This document shows, piece after piece, positions 18,414 to 27,203 of a stretch of DNA of 32,000 bases. Under the pieces are notes generated by a model, which was not told where the DNA came from, did no database searches, and was given only the letters and a program-made list of their open reading frames with translations. How positions within the stretch are numbered: the stretch's first letter is position 1; each line of letters starts with the position of its first letter. This DNA comes from Idiomarina loihiensis L2TR. Its GTDB lineage: Bacteria; Pseudomonadota; Gammaproteobacteria; Enterobacterales; Alteromonadaceae. A program made the position numbers and the translations under genes. The stretch spans positions 240,001 to 272,000 of the forward strand of contig NC_006512.1 of the NCBI RefSeq assembly GCF_000008465.1, given 5' to 3'.

Positions 18414-19031
18414 TTATCGTGGCGGGTCAATAATGCCCGAGATGCTGGCATTAATACGGAACCAGCCGGTAATGCTGAAGCGGTCACGTTCCGAGCGCTG
18501 TACTTCATGCACGAAGCGGTCGCTTAAAAACACCACTAAACGCCCTTGTTTAGGCAGTACGGTTTCCAGCACCTGTCCCTTGTCGCCATAAATAACCAAT
18601 TGCCCGCCGTCGGTCTCCTGCCATTCAGGGTTCAGGTAAAACACCGTTGTGAGCACTCGGTTGCTTCTGCCTTTAAACGCATCCAGATGTTTTTTATAAA
18701 ACGCGCCTTTAGGGTAATGCGCCAGGTGGCATTCGTAATCGAACAGGCCAAGAAAGAGCTCGCGGTTAAATTCGTGACGTAACTCATCCATAATGCTGAG
18801 GTAGTCTTTATGACGAGGCTCTTCGGACGTTAGCCAGTAAATGCGGTCGTTACGAACCATGGTATTAATGGTCTGGTTTTGCTGGCGGCCTATACCTGCC
18901 AGGTTCCAGTATTGCGCGGGTAATTGCTGAGCGTATTGATACAGAGCCTGCGAACGCCGCGGCTGCAGAAAATCATCGATAATGCAGTAGCCGTGGTCGG
19001 CAACTTTGTCGATAATATCAGATAGCACCAT
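18414..19031 (-). CDS. 2OG-Fe(II) oxygenase, prolyl 4-hydroxylase-like
   Basis: 205 aa. H-x-D facial-triad start (KKHLDAF), distal His (RFVHEV) and basic residue (RFSITGWF) are arranged as in the P4Hc/2OG-FeII_Oxy_3 families. Confidence 0.75.
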   Translation of the reverse strand: MVLSDIIDKVADHGYCIIDDFLQPRRSQALYQYAQQLPAQYWNLAGIGRQQNQTINTMVRNDRIYWLTSEEPRHKDYLSIMDELRHEFNRELFLGLFDYECHLAHYPKGAFYKKHLDAFKGRSNRVLTTVFYLNPEWQETDGGQLVIYGDKGQVLETVLPKQGRLVVFLSDRFVHEVQRSERDRFSITGWFRINASISGIIDPPR

Positions 19032-19149
19032 AATGCAATAAAGCTCCGTACTTTGTTGTCGCGCGAGAATATAGGGTATTCTGTCTCCAGTAACAAGGAG
19101 TACGGCAACAAGAAGATTATTCGAACCTTAGCACAAAGAGCGCAAGCCG

Positions 19150-19656
19150 ATGAAAGTGAATGAGAAGCGAAAAATATTTGGATTGACCATGACCCGAAAA
19201 GCATGGAACAACGTTCTGGTTTACGTGATATTAATTATCATGGTGGTGTTCTGGTATGTCGCTCCGCCGGTTAAAGAAGAAGCGGATGATAGCATTGTGC
19301 AAGAGGCTGAATCGGGCGAGGTCATTGGCCTGATACCGAATGACGGAAACTTGAGAGCAATGCAAATTGACCAACTGAAGTTAGCGTTAAATGATGGACA
19401 ATGGCAATGCCAGGCTCCATGTCGCTTATCGGAAAAAGCGGCCGCTAGCGTCGCTGAAAATTGGTTGGCATTAACCATGACACCAACTGAACAGCCAGCT
19501 GAAAATTTAATAACGGAAATTTATTTTGGTTTTGTCGGGGGCGAAGAAGCACGTGTTGAGTTATACGCAGACCCCGAGTTGATGATCCGCTTGCCGAATC
19601 AGCAGCAGAATTATCGCGTAATAGAATTTACTGCCAGTCAGTTACTGGGCCATTAA
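19150..19656 (+). CDS. hypothetical membrane-anchored protein with one CxxxC pair
   Basis: N-terminal TM helix (VLVYVILIIMVVFWYV), then a soluble domain whose only Cys residues are in CQAPC. No family recognised. Start is uncertain (ATG 19150 or 19189) and neither has a strong RBS. Confidence 0.45.
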   Translation: MKVNEKRKIFGLTMTRKAWNNVLVYVILIIMVVFWYVAPPVKEEADDSIVQEAESGEVIGLIPNDGNLRAMQIDQLKLALNDGQWQCQAPCRLSEKAAASVAENWLALTMTPTEQPAENLITEIYFGFVGGEEARVELYADPELMIRLPNQQQNYRVIEFTASQLLGH

Positions 19657-19671
19657 GGATGTTTTAGGTTT

Positions 19672-20484
19672 ATGCCAGAGTTACCCGAAGTTGAAGTCAG
19701 CCGTTTAGGCATTTCTCCACACATTGAAGGCCGCACAATTAAGTCGGTTAAGGTTCACGATAAGCGCCTGCGCTGGCCAGTCCCTGAAACTGTGCACAAG
19801 GTTGAAGGGCATGTTTTGCGTTCGGTTAGCCGCCGTTCAAAATATTTGTTGTTGCAGACAGATAATGGCTGTCTGATATTGCATTTGGGTATGTCGGGTA
19901 AGCTGCGTGTGGTTCCAGCCGAAACGACTCACTACAAACATGACCATATTGATATTGAGTTCGATAACGGGCAAACCCTGCGTTTAAATGATCCGCGGCG
20001 TTTTGGTGCTTTGCTATATAGTGAGAGTGATGTAAGCGGGCATGAACTGCTAAGCCAGCTTGGCCCGGAACCGTTAACCGACGCGTTTAATATCGACTAT
20101 TTATTTGAGCGCTCACGCGGGCGTTCGCAGTCGGTGAAAACCTTTCTTATGGATAATAAAGTGGTCGTGGGTGTTGGCAATATTTACGCGAACGAAGCCT
20201 TGTTTAAGGCGGGTATCAACCCGAAACGGGCGGCCGGGAAAATCAGTAAAGTGCGCTACCAGAAACTGGTGCCGATAATAAAAGAAACTCTGGCAAGTGC
20301 TATTGAACTGGGTGGTACTACCTTAAAAGATTTTACTCAGGTGGACGGTAACCCGGGCTATTTCGCTCAGAAACTTCAGGTTTACGGGCGTGGCGGTAAG
20401 CTTTGCATGGTGTGCAGTAACCGGTTGAAAGAAGTTCGTCTGGGTCAGCGCAGCACCGTGTACTGCACCCAGTGCCAGCGCTAG
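19672..20484 (+). CDS. mutM: formamidopyrimidine-DNA glycosylase
   Basis: N-terminal MPELPEVE, an H2TH region and a C-terminal zinc finger CMVC-N17-CTQC. Confidence 0.97.
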   Translation: MPELPEVEVSRLGISPHIEGRTIKSVKVHDKRLRWPVPETVHKVEGHVLRSVSRRSKYLLLQTDNGCLILHLGMSGKLRVVPAETTHYKHDHIDIEFDNGQTLRLNDPRRFGALLYSESDVSGHELLSQLGPEPLTDAFNIDYLFERSRGRSQSVKTFLMDNKVVVGVGNIYANEALFKAGINPKRAAGKISKVRYQKLVPIIKETLASAIELGGTTLKDFTQVDGNPGYFAQKLQVYGRGGKLCMVCSNRLKEVRLGQRSTVYCTQCQR

Positions 20485-20499
20485 TTTGGTTTTTAACTC

Positions 20500-21267
20500 T
20501 TAGTTCTCAACAACCTTCAACAATTCACTAATAAAGCGCTCCGGTTCCGAAATAAACGGGGCGTGTGCGCTTTTGGTAAATACCACAGCTTTTGACTCCG
20601 GCGCCAGTGCGGAAATATCGTCGATAGCGCGCTCCGGAACCAGGCTGTCCAGGCGTCCGTAAAAACGGTTAAAGGGCACTTCAATGTTCGGTAGCTGCTG
20701 GCGCAAATCTGCAGTTTGCAAAATGGTTAAGGACTGTTTCAGCACACCCTGGTCAGGCATTGGCTTGGTAAATATCAGCTGTTTTACCTGCTTAACCTGT
20801 TCGCGTGCGTCCTCACTGCCCATGGCCTGAATCGCTAAAAAACGCTCAATGGTCTTTTTAAAGTTGCTGTCCAGTTGCTGTTGAAACTGCTCAAGAATGT
20901 CAGGTTTGATTCCAGCCCAGTCGTTGCTTTCCACAAAGTGCGGTGACGATGCAACGGTGGTTAGGGACATAACCCGGTCAGAATGCGTCAGCGCAATTTG
21001 TGTCGCAATTAACCCGCCTAAAGACCACCCCAGCAAGTGAAAGCGTGGCGGCAGGGCTGGCATAATTTGTTCAATAAAACTTTCCAGTGACACGTCATTC
21101 TCTGATGACCAGACAGAGTCGCCAAAACCGGGCAGGTCGACGCAATACAACTGAAAGTGCTCGCTTAATGCCGGTACCACGGGTTGCCAGATGTTCGAAT
21201 TCATTCCCCAGCCATGGAGTACAACAATAGGGGTTCCTGTACCACAGCACGTTACCGAAATGCTCAC
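20500..21267 (-). CDS. bioH: pimeloyl-[ACP] methyl ester esterase BioH (alpha/beta hydrolase)
   Basis: Motif [13 protein letters not shown] and nucleophile elbow GWSLGG. Divergent from comF/gntX as in E. coli. Confidence 0.85.
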
Positions 21268-21303
21268 TATACTACCTGTCCGAGTTATTAATTAAGGGGT
21301 GGT

Positions 21304-21993
21304 ATGCTAGCGTTTTTACAGCGTTTCGCCAATGCTTTTGAGTTGGGCACATGCTGGAGTTGCGGTTATTCTAAGGTGGCCGCGGCAAGCCTTTGCCCTT
21401 ATTGCGAAGAAGCACTGCCGCGTTGGTATCCGCGTTGTTGTCAGCATTTGTCCGATATTGAACAGCATTTAGTGGCGGAGCAGAAGCCGTGCCGCTACTG
21501 GTACGGTGCATTGCGCTGGGAGCCGCAGGTACAACAGCTTATTACTCAGTTTAAATTTCGCTATAAAGCCGAGCTGGCCCCTTTACTGGCAAACCAGTTA
21601 GCGGCTCATTTACGCCTTTGCTATCGCGAAGAGCCACTGCCAGACTGCGTTGTTGCGGTGCCTATGACGCAACAAGCCTGGCGTAAAAGAGGCTTCCACC
21701 AGACTGCGTTACTGGCGCGGCATGTGTCAGTGGCTCTTGAGTTACCTTACATTGCGGGCGGGTTACGTAAAATACGGGCCGTGCCCATGCAGCATATGGC
21801 ATCAAAGGCATTACGCTGGGAGAACAGTCGGGGCAGCCAACTCGCTTTACAGGATTTTAGTGGCTGTACGGTAGCGGTTGTGGACGACGTGCTGAGTACT
21901 GGCGCCACTATGATGGCAGCAGCCGATGCGCTCTACAAAAAAGGGGCTAGAGCGGTGGATGCCTGGGCGGTTGTCTATAACCAGCACGACTAG
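21304..21993 (+). CDS. comF: ComF/GntX family phosphoribosyltransferase-like protein
   Basis: N-terminal Cys pairs (CWSC, CPYC) and C-terminal PRT motif VAVVDDVLSTGAT. The bioH-comF-nfuA synteny is preserved. Confidence 0.85.
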   Translation: MLAFLQRFANAFELGTCWSCGYSKVAAASLCPYCEEALPRWYPRCCQHLSDIEQHLVAEQKPCRYWYGALRWEPQVQQLITQFKFRYKAELAPLLANQLAAHLRLCYREEPLPDCVVAVPMTQQAWRKRGFHQTALLARHVSVALELPYIAGGLRKIRAVPMQHMASKALRWENSRGSQLALQDFSGCTVAVVDDVLSTGATMMAAADALYKKGARAVDAWAVVYNQHD

Positions 21994-22064
21994 AAACTGC
22001 AGGGCGTTTCGGTTACACTATACCCTAGTAATTTACTCAGGTATAAGCCGTGAGGTCAGTATTT

Positions 22065-22643
22065 ATGATTCGTATTTCAGAAGCAGCGCAGTCCCACTTT
22101 AAGAAGCTATTAGCCGATCAGCCCGATGGCACGTGTATTCGTGTATTTGTGGTCAACCCCGGTATGGCAAACGCAGAGTGTGGTGTTTCTTATTGCCCGC
22201 CAGATTCGGTCGAGCCGGACGACGAGCGTCTGCCGTTTAATGGTTTTGACGCCGTAGTGGATTCAGGCAGTGCGCCTTTTTTAGAAGACGCCGCTATTGA
22301 TTTTGAAGAGCAGGAAATGGGCTCTCAGTTAACCCTTAAAGCACCTAACGCCAAAGCGCGTAAAGTTGCCGATGACGCCCCATTAATTGAGCGGGTAGAG
22401 TACGTTATACAAGCTGAAATTAACCCGCAATTGGCCAGCCATGGCGGTCAGGTAATGATTTCGGAAATTACTGATGACGGCGTTGCTATTCTGCAATTCG
22501 GCGGTGGCTGTAATGGTTGCAGTATGATTGACGTAACGCTGAAAAACGGCATTGAAAAAGAGTTGCTTGAGCGTTTCCCGGAAGAAGTGAAAGGCGTGCG
22601 TGATATCACTGATCATGAGCCCGGAGAACACTCCTACTATTAG
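22065..22643 (+). CDS. nfuA: Fe-S biogenesis protein NfuA
   Basis: [16 protein letters not shown] (degenerate A-type domain) and a Nfu domain with CNGC. The ATG at 22065 matches the E. coli NfuA N-terminus. Confidence 0.93.
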   Translation: MIRISEAAQSHFKKLLADQPDGTCIRVFVVNPGMANAECGVSYCPPDSVEPDDERLPFNGFDAVVDSGSAPFLEDAAIDFEEQEMGSQLTLKAPNAKARKVADDAPLIERVEYVIQAEINPQLASHGGQVMISEITDDGVAILQFGGGCNGCSMIDVTLKNGIEKELLERFPEEVKGVRDITDHEPGEHSYY

Positions 22644-22662
22644 ACCTTTCGACTATACAACT

Positions 22663-22691
22663 TTGTATCTTTCGATTTTTGATGTTATAAA
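22663..22691 (+). promoter_or_regulatory. candidate sigma70 promoter upstream of the DUF4397 lipoprotein gene
   Basis: TTGTAT (22663-22668), 17-nt spacer, TATAAA (22686-22691). Confidence 0.35.
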
Positions 22692-22712
22692 AATGTGATC
22701 CCTTGCACAAAT
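22691..22712. promoter_or_regulatory. CRP-like binding site
   Basis: AAATGTGATCCCTTGCACAAAT against the consensus AAATGTGATCTAGATCACATTT. The left half is perfect; the right half is GCACA instead of TCACA. Confidence 0.4.
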
Positions 22713-22757
22713 AATGCTCGTAACGATATTTGCCTAATCAATACGAGGATTTAAATT

Positions 22758-24143
22758 ATGCAAGGGATCAAAAAACTGGGTGTCATAGCGACATCGCTTT
22801 TTCTCATCACAGGTTGTGACTGGTTCGACAGTGACAATGACGATACTAACACACCACCTCCTGAAGCTGAATCAAGCTTTGTACGGGTACACCACACCTC
22901 TGCCGATTCACCCAACGTTAATGTTTTAGCAGGTGAAACCGCATTATTAGAAAATGTGCCTTACCATACATCTTCCGGCGTTCTGGAAGTTGATGCCGGT
23001 GACTATGACATTACGGTTCAGGGTATTTTACCCGATGAAAGTACTGTTGATGCTATTGGTCCGGCGTCCTTAACTTTTGCTGCTGATACTCGCTACGAAG
23101 TTTTTGCTGCCGGTCAGCTGGGTGACGAGTCTTTAGAGCCATTGGTTCTTTCTAACCCTGTATCGGATGTTGCGGCAGGTGAAAGCCGTATTCAGGTGGT
23201 ACATGTTGCGTATGGTGCGCCGACTGTTGATGTGTATTTGACAACTCCGGACGCTGAGTTAAGCAGTGCCTCAGCTACTTTAACGCTTGCTTACGGCGAA
23301 GACAGTGGTCAGGTTGATGTGGAAACCGGTGACTACCGCATTCGTTTAACCGGTGCGGGTGACGATGCAGTAATTTACGACTCAGGAACCGTGAGCCTGG
23401 CTGACGGTGGTGATTATATTATTGCCGCAACCAATAATGTTGCTGCTAATTCTGCGAATTCACCCGTTACTCTGCAAGTGAGCGACGGTGAAACAACCAC
23501 CTTAATCAATGATGCAGACGCTGGTGCGGATGTTCGCGTCGTGCACGCCGTAGCTGATGCACCGAATGTTGATGTGACATTAAATGATGCTGCCGATCCT
23601 CAAATTGCTGACCTGGCATTTTTAAGTGCAACAGACTACTTAAATCTGGAAGCCGCTGAATACAGTGTTGATGTTGCCGCTGCCGGAGGTTCTCCCGTAG
23701 TGCTTGAGGACCTGCCTCTGGAAGTGGAAAACGCAATGAGTTATTCAGTTTATGCTGTCGGTGAACTGAGTACTATTGGTCTGCAAGTGTTGACTGAAGA
23801 GCGTCGCAGCGTGGCGACTGCAGCCAAAATACAGTTGGTTCACGCAGCGCCAAGTGCCGGTAATGTTGATATCTACGTTACAGAAACCGATGATATTAGC
23901 GGCGCAGACGCTGCTTTTACCGATATTGCGTTTGACGCAGAAGGCCTGGTGAGCACCGGCAACGTTTCGTTAACTCCGGGTGACTACGTGGTTACTGTAA
24001 CCGCAACAGGCACGCAGGACATTGCTATCCAGACGCCGGTTCTGACTTTAGAGGGCGGTGGTATCTACACGGCAGTTGCCGTTGATGCAACCAGTGGCGG
24101 CTTACCTCCGCAGCTTATCCTGATGGATGACCTGGCGAACTAA
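22758..24143 (+). CDS. lipoprotein composed of four tandem DUF4397-like repeats
   Basis: Lipobox LITGC at Cys20. Four modules of about 100-115 aa each open with V/I-R/Q-V-V-H-x-x-x-x-A/S-P-x-V-D/N-V (VRVHHTSADSPNVNV, IQVVHVAYGAPTVDV, VRVVHAVADAPNVDV, IQLVHAAPSAGNVDI) and contain a GDY/AEY beta-turn. Confidence 0.75.
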   Translation: MQGIKKLGVIATSLFLITGCDWFDSDNDDTNTPPPEAESSFVRVHHTSADSPNVNVLAGETALLENVPYHTSSGVLEVDAGDYDITVQGILPDESTVDAIGPASLTFAADTRYEVFAAGQLGDESLEPLVLSNPVSDVAAGESRIQVVHVAYGAPTVDVYLTTPDAELSSASATLTLAYGEDSGQVDVETGDYRIRLTGAGDDAVIYDSGTVSLADGGDYIIAATNNVAANSANSPVTLQVSDGETTTLINDADAGADVRVVHAVADAPNVDVTLNDAADPQIADLAFLSATDYLNLEAAEYSVDVAAAGGSPVVLEDLPLEVENAMSYSVYAVGELSTIGLQVLTEERRSVATAAKIQLVHAAPSAGNVDIYVTETDDISGADAAFTDIAFDAEGLVSTGNVSLTPGDYVVTVTATGTQDIAIQTPVLTLEGGGIYTAVAVDATSGGLPPQLILMDDLAN

Positions 24144-25437
24144 AGTATTTAAGCCAAATTGCCTGGGTAATACCACGCATGAATAAAAAGCCGCTGAGAG
24201 CTAACCACAACCCGTGGTTCTCCAGCGGCAATCCCGCCCACCATAAAGGCAGAAAGCCAATTAAAGCGCTTAATATCATCGTATTACGCATACCACGGCT
24301 GAACGATAAACCAATGAAAACACCGTCAAACCAATAGCTCCAGTGAGCAATGAGTGGCAACACCACTATCCATGGCAGGTAGTTTTCGGCAACCCGGATG
24401 ATTTCAGGAATATCGGTAATAAGGCGAATAATTGCACTGCCGGCCAGGGCAAAAACCAACGTATAAACCACAGCAAAGAGTGATGACCAGAGCAAAGTAA
24501 TTTTGCACCAGTAACGGATTTTATCGTAGCGCTTCTGACCTTTAGCTTCGCCAGCTAAAGCTTCCACAGAATAAGCAATGCCGTCTAAGCCCAGCGATAT
24601 CAACATAAGAAATTGCATTAGTACGGCGTTAACCGCCACCATGGTACTGCCGTAGCGAGTGGCGTAGCCGGTCATGGTTGCCATACAGAGCTGCAGTATC
24701 AGACTGCGTATAAAAATATTACCGTTAACGCCTAAAAACTGACGCAGCTGCTGAAACTTCAGCTGCCAGTGGCGTAAGTGCCAGCCCAGCGCGCGGGCGG
24801 TCCAGTAGAAGCCGACAATAGCGGTCACCCACTCAGCACTAAGCGACGCCCAGGCGGCACCTTTTACATTCAGTCCAAAGCCGAGGATTAGTATCACATC
24901 CATCACCACATTCACGGCGTTGGTGATTATCACCAGAAGCATGGCTTTGCGGCTGTTTTGTCGGCCTAATAATACCCCCAGAGCGACCAGCGTTATCAGC
25001 GAAGCCGGTGCAGACCATAGGCGTATTTCGATGTAATCGCGGGCGTAGCCTTCTAGCTCGGCAGAAGGGGCGATAACCCACATGGCTAAGTCATTAATTA
25101 AAGGGCTGGCAACCGCTATTAAAACACCTAAACCCAGCGCAATAATAATGCCGTTATTAAAGTGCTGGCGCTGAGCACGTATGTCATCGGCACCGTATGA
25201 CTGAGCTATGTAACCGGTTGTGGCCATGCGCAGAAACACCGCCAGCAGATAGATAAAACTGACCACCATGGCACCAACGGCAACAGCCGACAAGTAGATA
25301 GCGTCCGGCAAATGACCTATGATGGCAGTATCGACCAGACCGAGAAGGGGCGCAGCAATATTGGAAATAATCATTGGCAGGGCAATCGCAAAAACGCGGC
25401 TGTGATCAGACAATGAGAATCCAAACAGCTTGTGCAT
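24115..25437 (-). CDS. dinF: MATE family efflux transporter, DinF-like
   Basis: 440 aa, 12-TM. Motifs ALPMIISNIAAPLLGLVDTAIIGHL, FLRM-TTG, LEIRLWSAPA and NRDI-like regions align by eye with E. coli DinF. Confidence 0.85.
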   Translation of the reverse strand: MHKLFGFSLSDHSRVFAIALPMIISNIAAPLLGLVDTAIIGHLPDAIYLSAVAVGAMVVSFIYLLAVFLRMATTGYIAQSYGADDIRAQRQHFNNGIIIALGLGVLIAVASPLINDLAMWVIAPSAELEGYARDYIEIRLWSAPASLITLVALGVLLGRQNSRKAMLLVIITNAVNVVMDVILILGFGLNVKGAAWASLSAEWVTAIVGFYWTARALGWHLRHWQLKFQQLRQFLGVNGNIFIRSLILQLCMATMTGYATRYGSTMVAVNAVLMQFLMLISLGLDGIAYSVEALAGEAKGQKRYDKIRYWCKITLLWSSLFAVVYTLVFALAGSAIIRLITDIPEIIRVAENYLPWIVVLPLIAHWSYWFDGVFIGLSFSRGMRNTMILSALIGFLPLWWAGLPLENHGLWLALSGFLFMRGITQAIWLKYFSSPGHPSG

Positions 25438-25494
25438 AACTATCCTTAAGTAAACTCGGTTAAAAACGGCTTTTATACTTTATCAGGAGTCAGT

Positions 25495-26580
25495 ATGAAG
25501 ATGTTGAACAAAATGACGTTGAGTGCCGCGTCGGGGTTATTGCTGGGGTGCTCACCATTAGCTCAGGCAGGCAGCGCCGACAGTGTGGTGGTGCTGCAGT
25601 ATCACCATGTGAGTGACTCAACTCCGGCTGTTACCTCTATTGACCCGGAGACTTTTCGTGAGCATCTGCAATACCTGCAGGAGCACAACTTTAACGTTAT
25701 TGATATTACTGACGCTCGTGATGCCATTGAAAAAGGCGAAGAGCTTCCCGAAAAAGCCGTTGTTATAACCTTCGACGACGGCTACCAAAACGTCTATGAA
25801 AACGCTGTAAAGGTTCTGGAAGAGTTTGAAATGCCCTATACGGTGTTCGTTAACCCTGAGCTCTTGCGTAAGCACAGCGGCCATTACATGGGCTGGGAAG
25901 AGCTTAAAGAAATTCAGCAGAACGGGGCGACTATTGCCAACCACGGACAGACGCACGCGCATCTTATTCGCAAGCAGGAAGGTGAAAGCGATGAAGAGTG
26001 GCAGGAGCGCATGCGTTACGACGTTATTACCGCACAAGAAGCCATTGATGAGAACTTAGGCGAACAGCAGAAGTATTTTGCCTATCCTTACGGTGAGTAC
26101 AACAACGAGTTGCGAGCTTTACTGGATGAATGGGGCTTTCTGGCCTTTGCTCAGCATTCAGGCCCATGGTCTAAGTGGAGTGAGGATACTGTTATTACGC
26201 GTTTTCCTGCGTCTGGTATCTACGCGAACTTAAATACGCTGAAAGCCAAGTTGAATTCGAAAGCCATGCCGGTAAGTGCTTACCAACCGGAAGAGCCTTT
26301 AGTCGCACATGAAAATAAGCGCCCAACGATTAGCGTAACGCTGGAAGCGGGCGATACACTAAACGATATGCGTACCGATGCGCTGCAATGCTTTGCCGGA
26401 GGTTCAGTCTTAAAACCTGAATGGGAAAGCGATACTCAGTTTAGAGTGACGCTTGAAAAGGACATTAACATTGGGCGCTCACGCGTCAATTGCACGGCAC
26501 CCAGCGCATCAGAGTCTCGTTACTATTGGTATTCCGTAGCACTTATCCGTCCGAACGAGTCAGGCAGTTGGCCTGACTAA
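25495..26580 (+). CDS. secreted/lipoprotein polysaccharide deacetylase (NodB homology domain) with an uncharacterised C-terminal domain
   Basis: Signal/lipobox LLLGCS. Motifs YHHV, ITFDDGY (metal-binding Asp pair) and H-x-x-x-H (HGQTHAH). The last 110 aa or so have no recognised family. Confidence 0.8.
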   Translation: MKMLNKMTLSAASGLLLGCSPLAQAGSADSVVVLQYHHVSDSTPAVTSIDPETFREHLQYLQEHNFNVIDITDARDAIEKGEELPEKAVVITFDDGYQNVYENAVKVLEEFEMPYTVFVNPELLRKHSGHYMGWEELKEIQQNGATIANHGQTHAHLIRKQEGESDEEWQERMRYDVITAQEAIDENLGEQQKYFAYPYGEYNNELRALLDEWGFLAFAQHSGPWSKWSEDTVITRFPASGIYANLNTLKAKLNSKAMPVSAYQPEEPLVAHENKRPTISVTLEAGDTLNDMRTDALQCFAGGSVLKPEWESDTQFRVTLEKDINIGRSRVNCTAPSASESRYYWYSVALIRPNESGSWPD

Positions 26581-27191
26581 TTGGCGATAATGGCAAAATC
26601 TTTTGCCAGTTGTTCCATGTCGACTACCGGTATTTCCCCACGTTGGTGGTCGGCATTAAATATCGCTTTACGGTGCCCGTTCGGGTTAACCAGAATAATA
26701 GCGGCGCTGTGGTTAACCAAGTAATTTTCCTCGCCTTCATCGGGAATGGAATACATTAGGCCTAAATCACGTACGAAAGGGAACAGCTCTTTGTGCTCGG
26801 CTCGCACACCAACAAAGTCGTCACCAAAATAGTTAACGTATTGAGTTAAACGTTCAATGTCATCACGCTGAGGGTCAACTGAAATCATCCAGACTTTCAC
26901 CGGTTTAGACACTTCTTCCTGTAATGAAGGTAGCACTCCTTTTAAGTCTGACATGGTGGTTGGACAGATATCAGGACAGAAGGTATAACCGGTAAAGAGC
27001 AAGGTCCACTGACCTTTCAGTGCATCGTTTTCAATAGTGCCGTCGGCTGTGCTGTTTAACTTAAATGATTTTAACGCGCGGGGCGGCTCATATATTAAGG
27101 CTTCCGGTTTTTCTTCCGGCCAAAAATTGTAAACCGCGAACCCGGCTGCAAGGGCGATAAGCGCAGCCAGCAGCGTAACGATACGACTCAT
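26577..27191 (-). CDS. senC: SCO1/SenC family copper chaperone
   Basis: TM anchor, FTGYTFCPDICPTT (CxxxC) and downstream His (VNHSAAIILVNPNG). Last gene of the cox biogenesis cluster. Confidence 0.9.
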   Translation of the reverse strand: MSRIVTLLAALIALAAGFAVYNFWPEEKPEALIYEPPRALKSFKLNSTADGTIENDALKGQWTLLFTGYTFCPDICPTTMSDLKGVLPSLQEEVSKPVKVWMISVDPQRDDIERLTQYVNYFGDDFVGVRAEHKELFPFVRDLGLMYSIPDEGEENYLVNHSAAIILVNPNGHRKAIFNADHQRGEIPVVDMEQLAKDFAIIAN

Positions 27192-27203
27192 GTCTTACTC
27201 CAG

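Noticed and set aside
19065-19083. Possible Fur box in front of the 2OG-Fe(II) oxygenase (GAGAATATAGGGTATTCTG).
   Set aside because: Only about 10 of 19 positions match GATAATGATAATCATTATC, and the central part is G-rich rather than AT-rich. It is kept only as an unassigned palindrome in the finding above.
22646-22680. ATACAA-ct-TTGTAT hairpin followed by a T-rich stretch, considered as an nfuA terminator.
   Set aside because: The stem is only 5-6 AT-rich base pairs with a loop that is too small, so intrinsic termination would be weak. I did not list it as a terminator feature.
25618-26037. 139-aa minus-strand ORF inside the deacetylase gene. Similar antisense or overlapping ORFs occur at 11813-12127, 12024-12260, 2734-2931 and 31082-31336.
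   Set aside because: All lie inside strongly supported genes on the other strand and have no recognisable motifs. They are the expected shadow ORFs.
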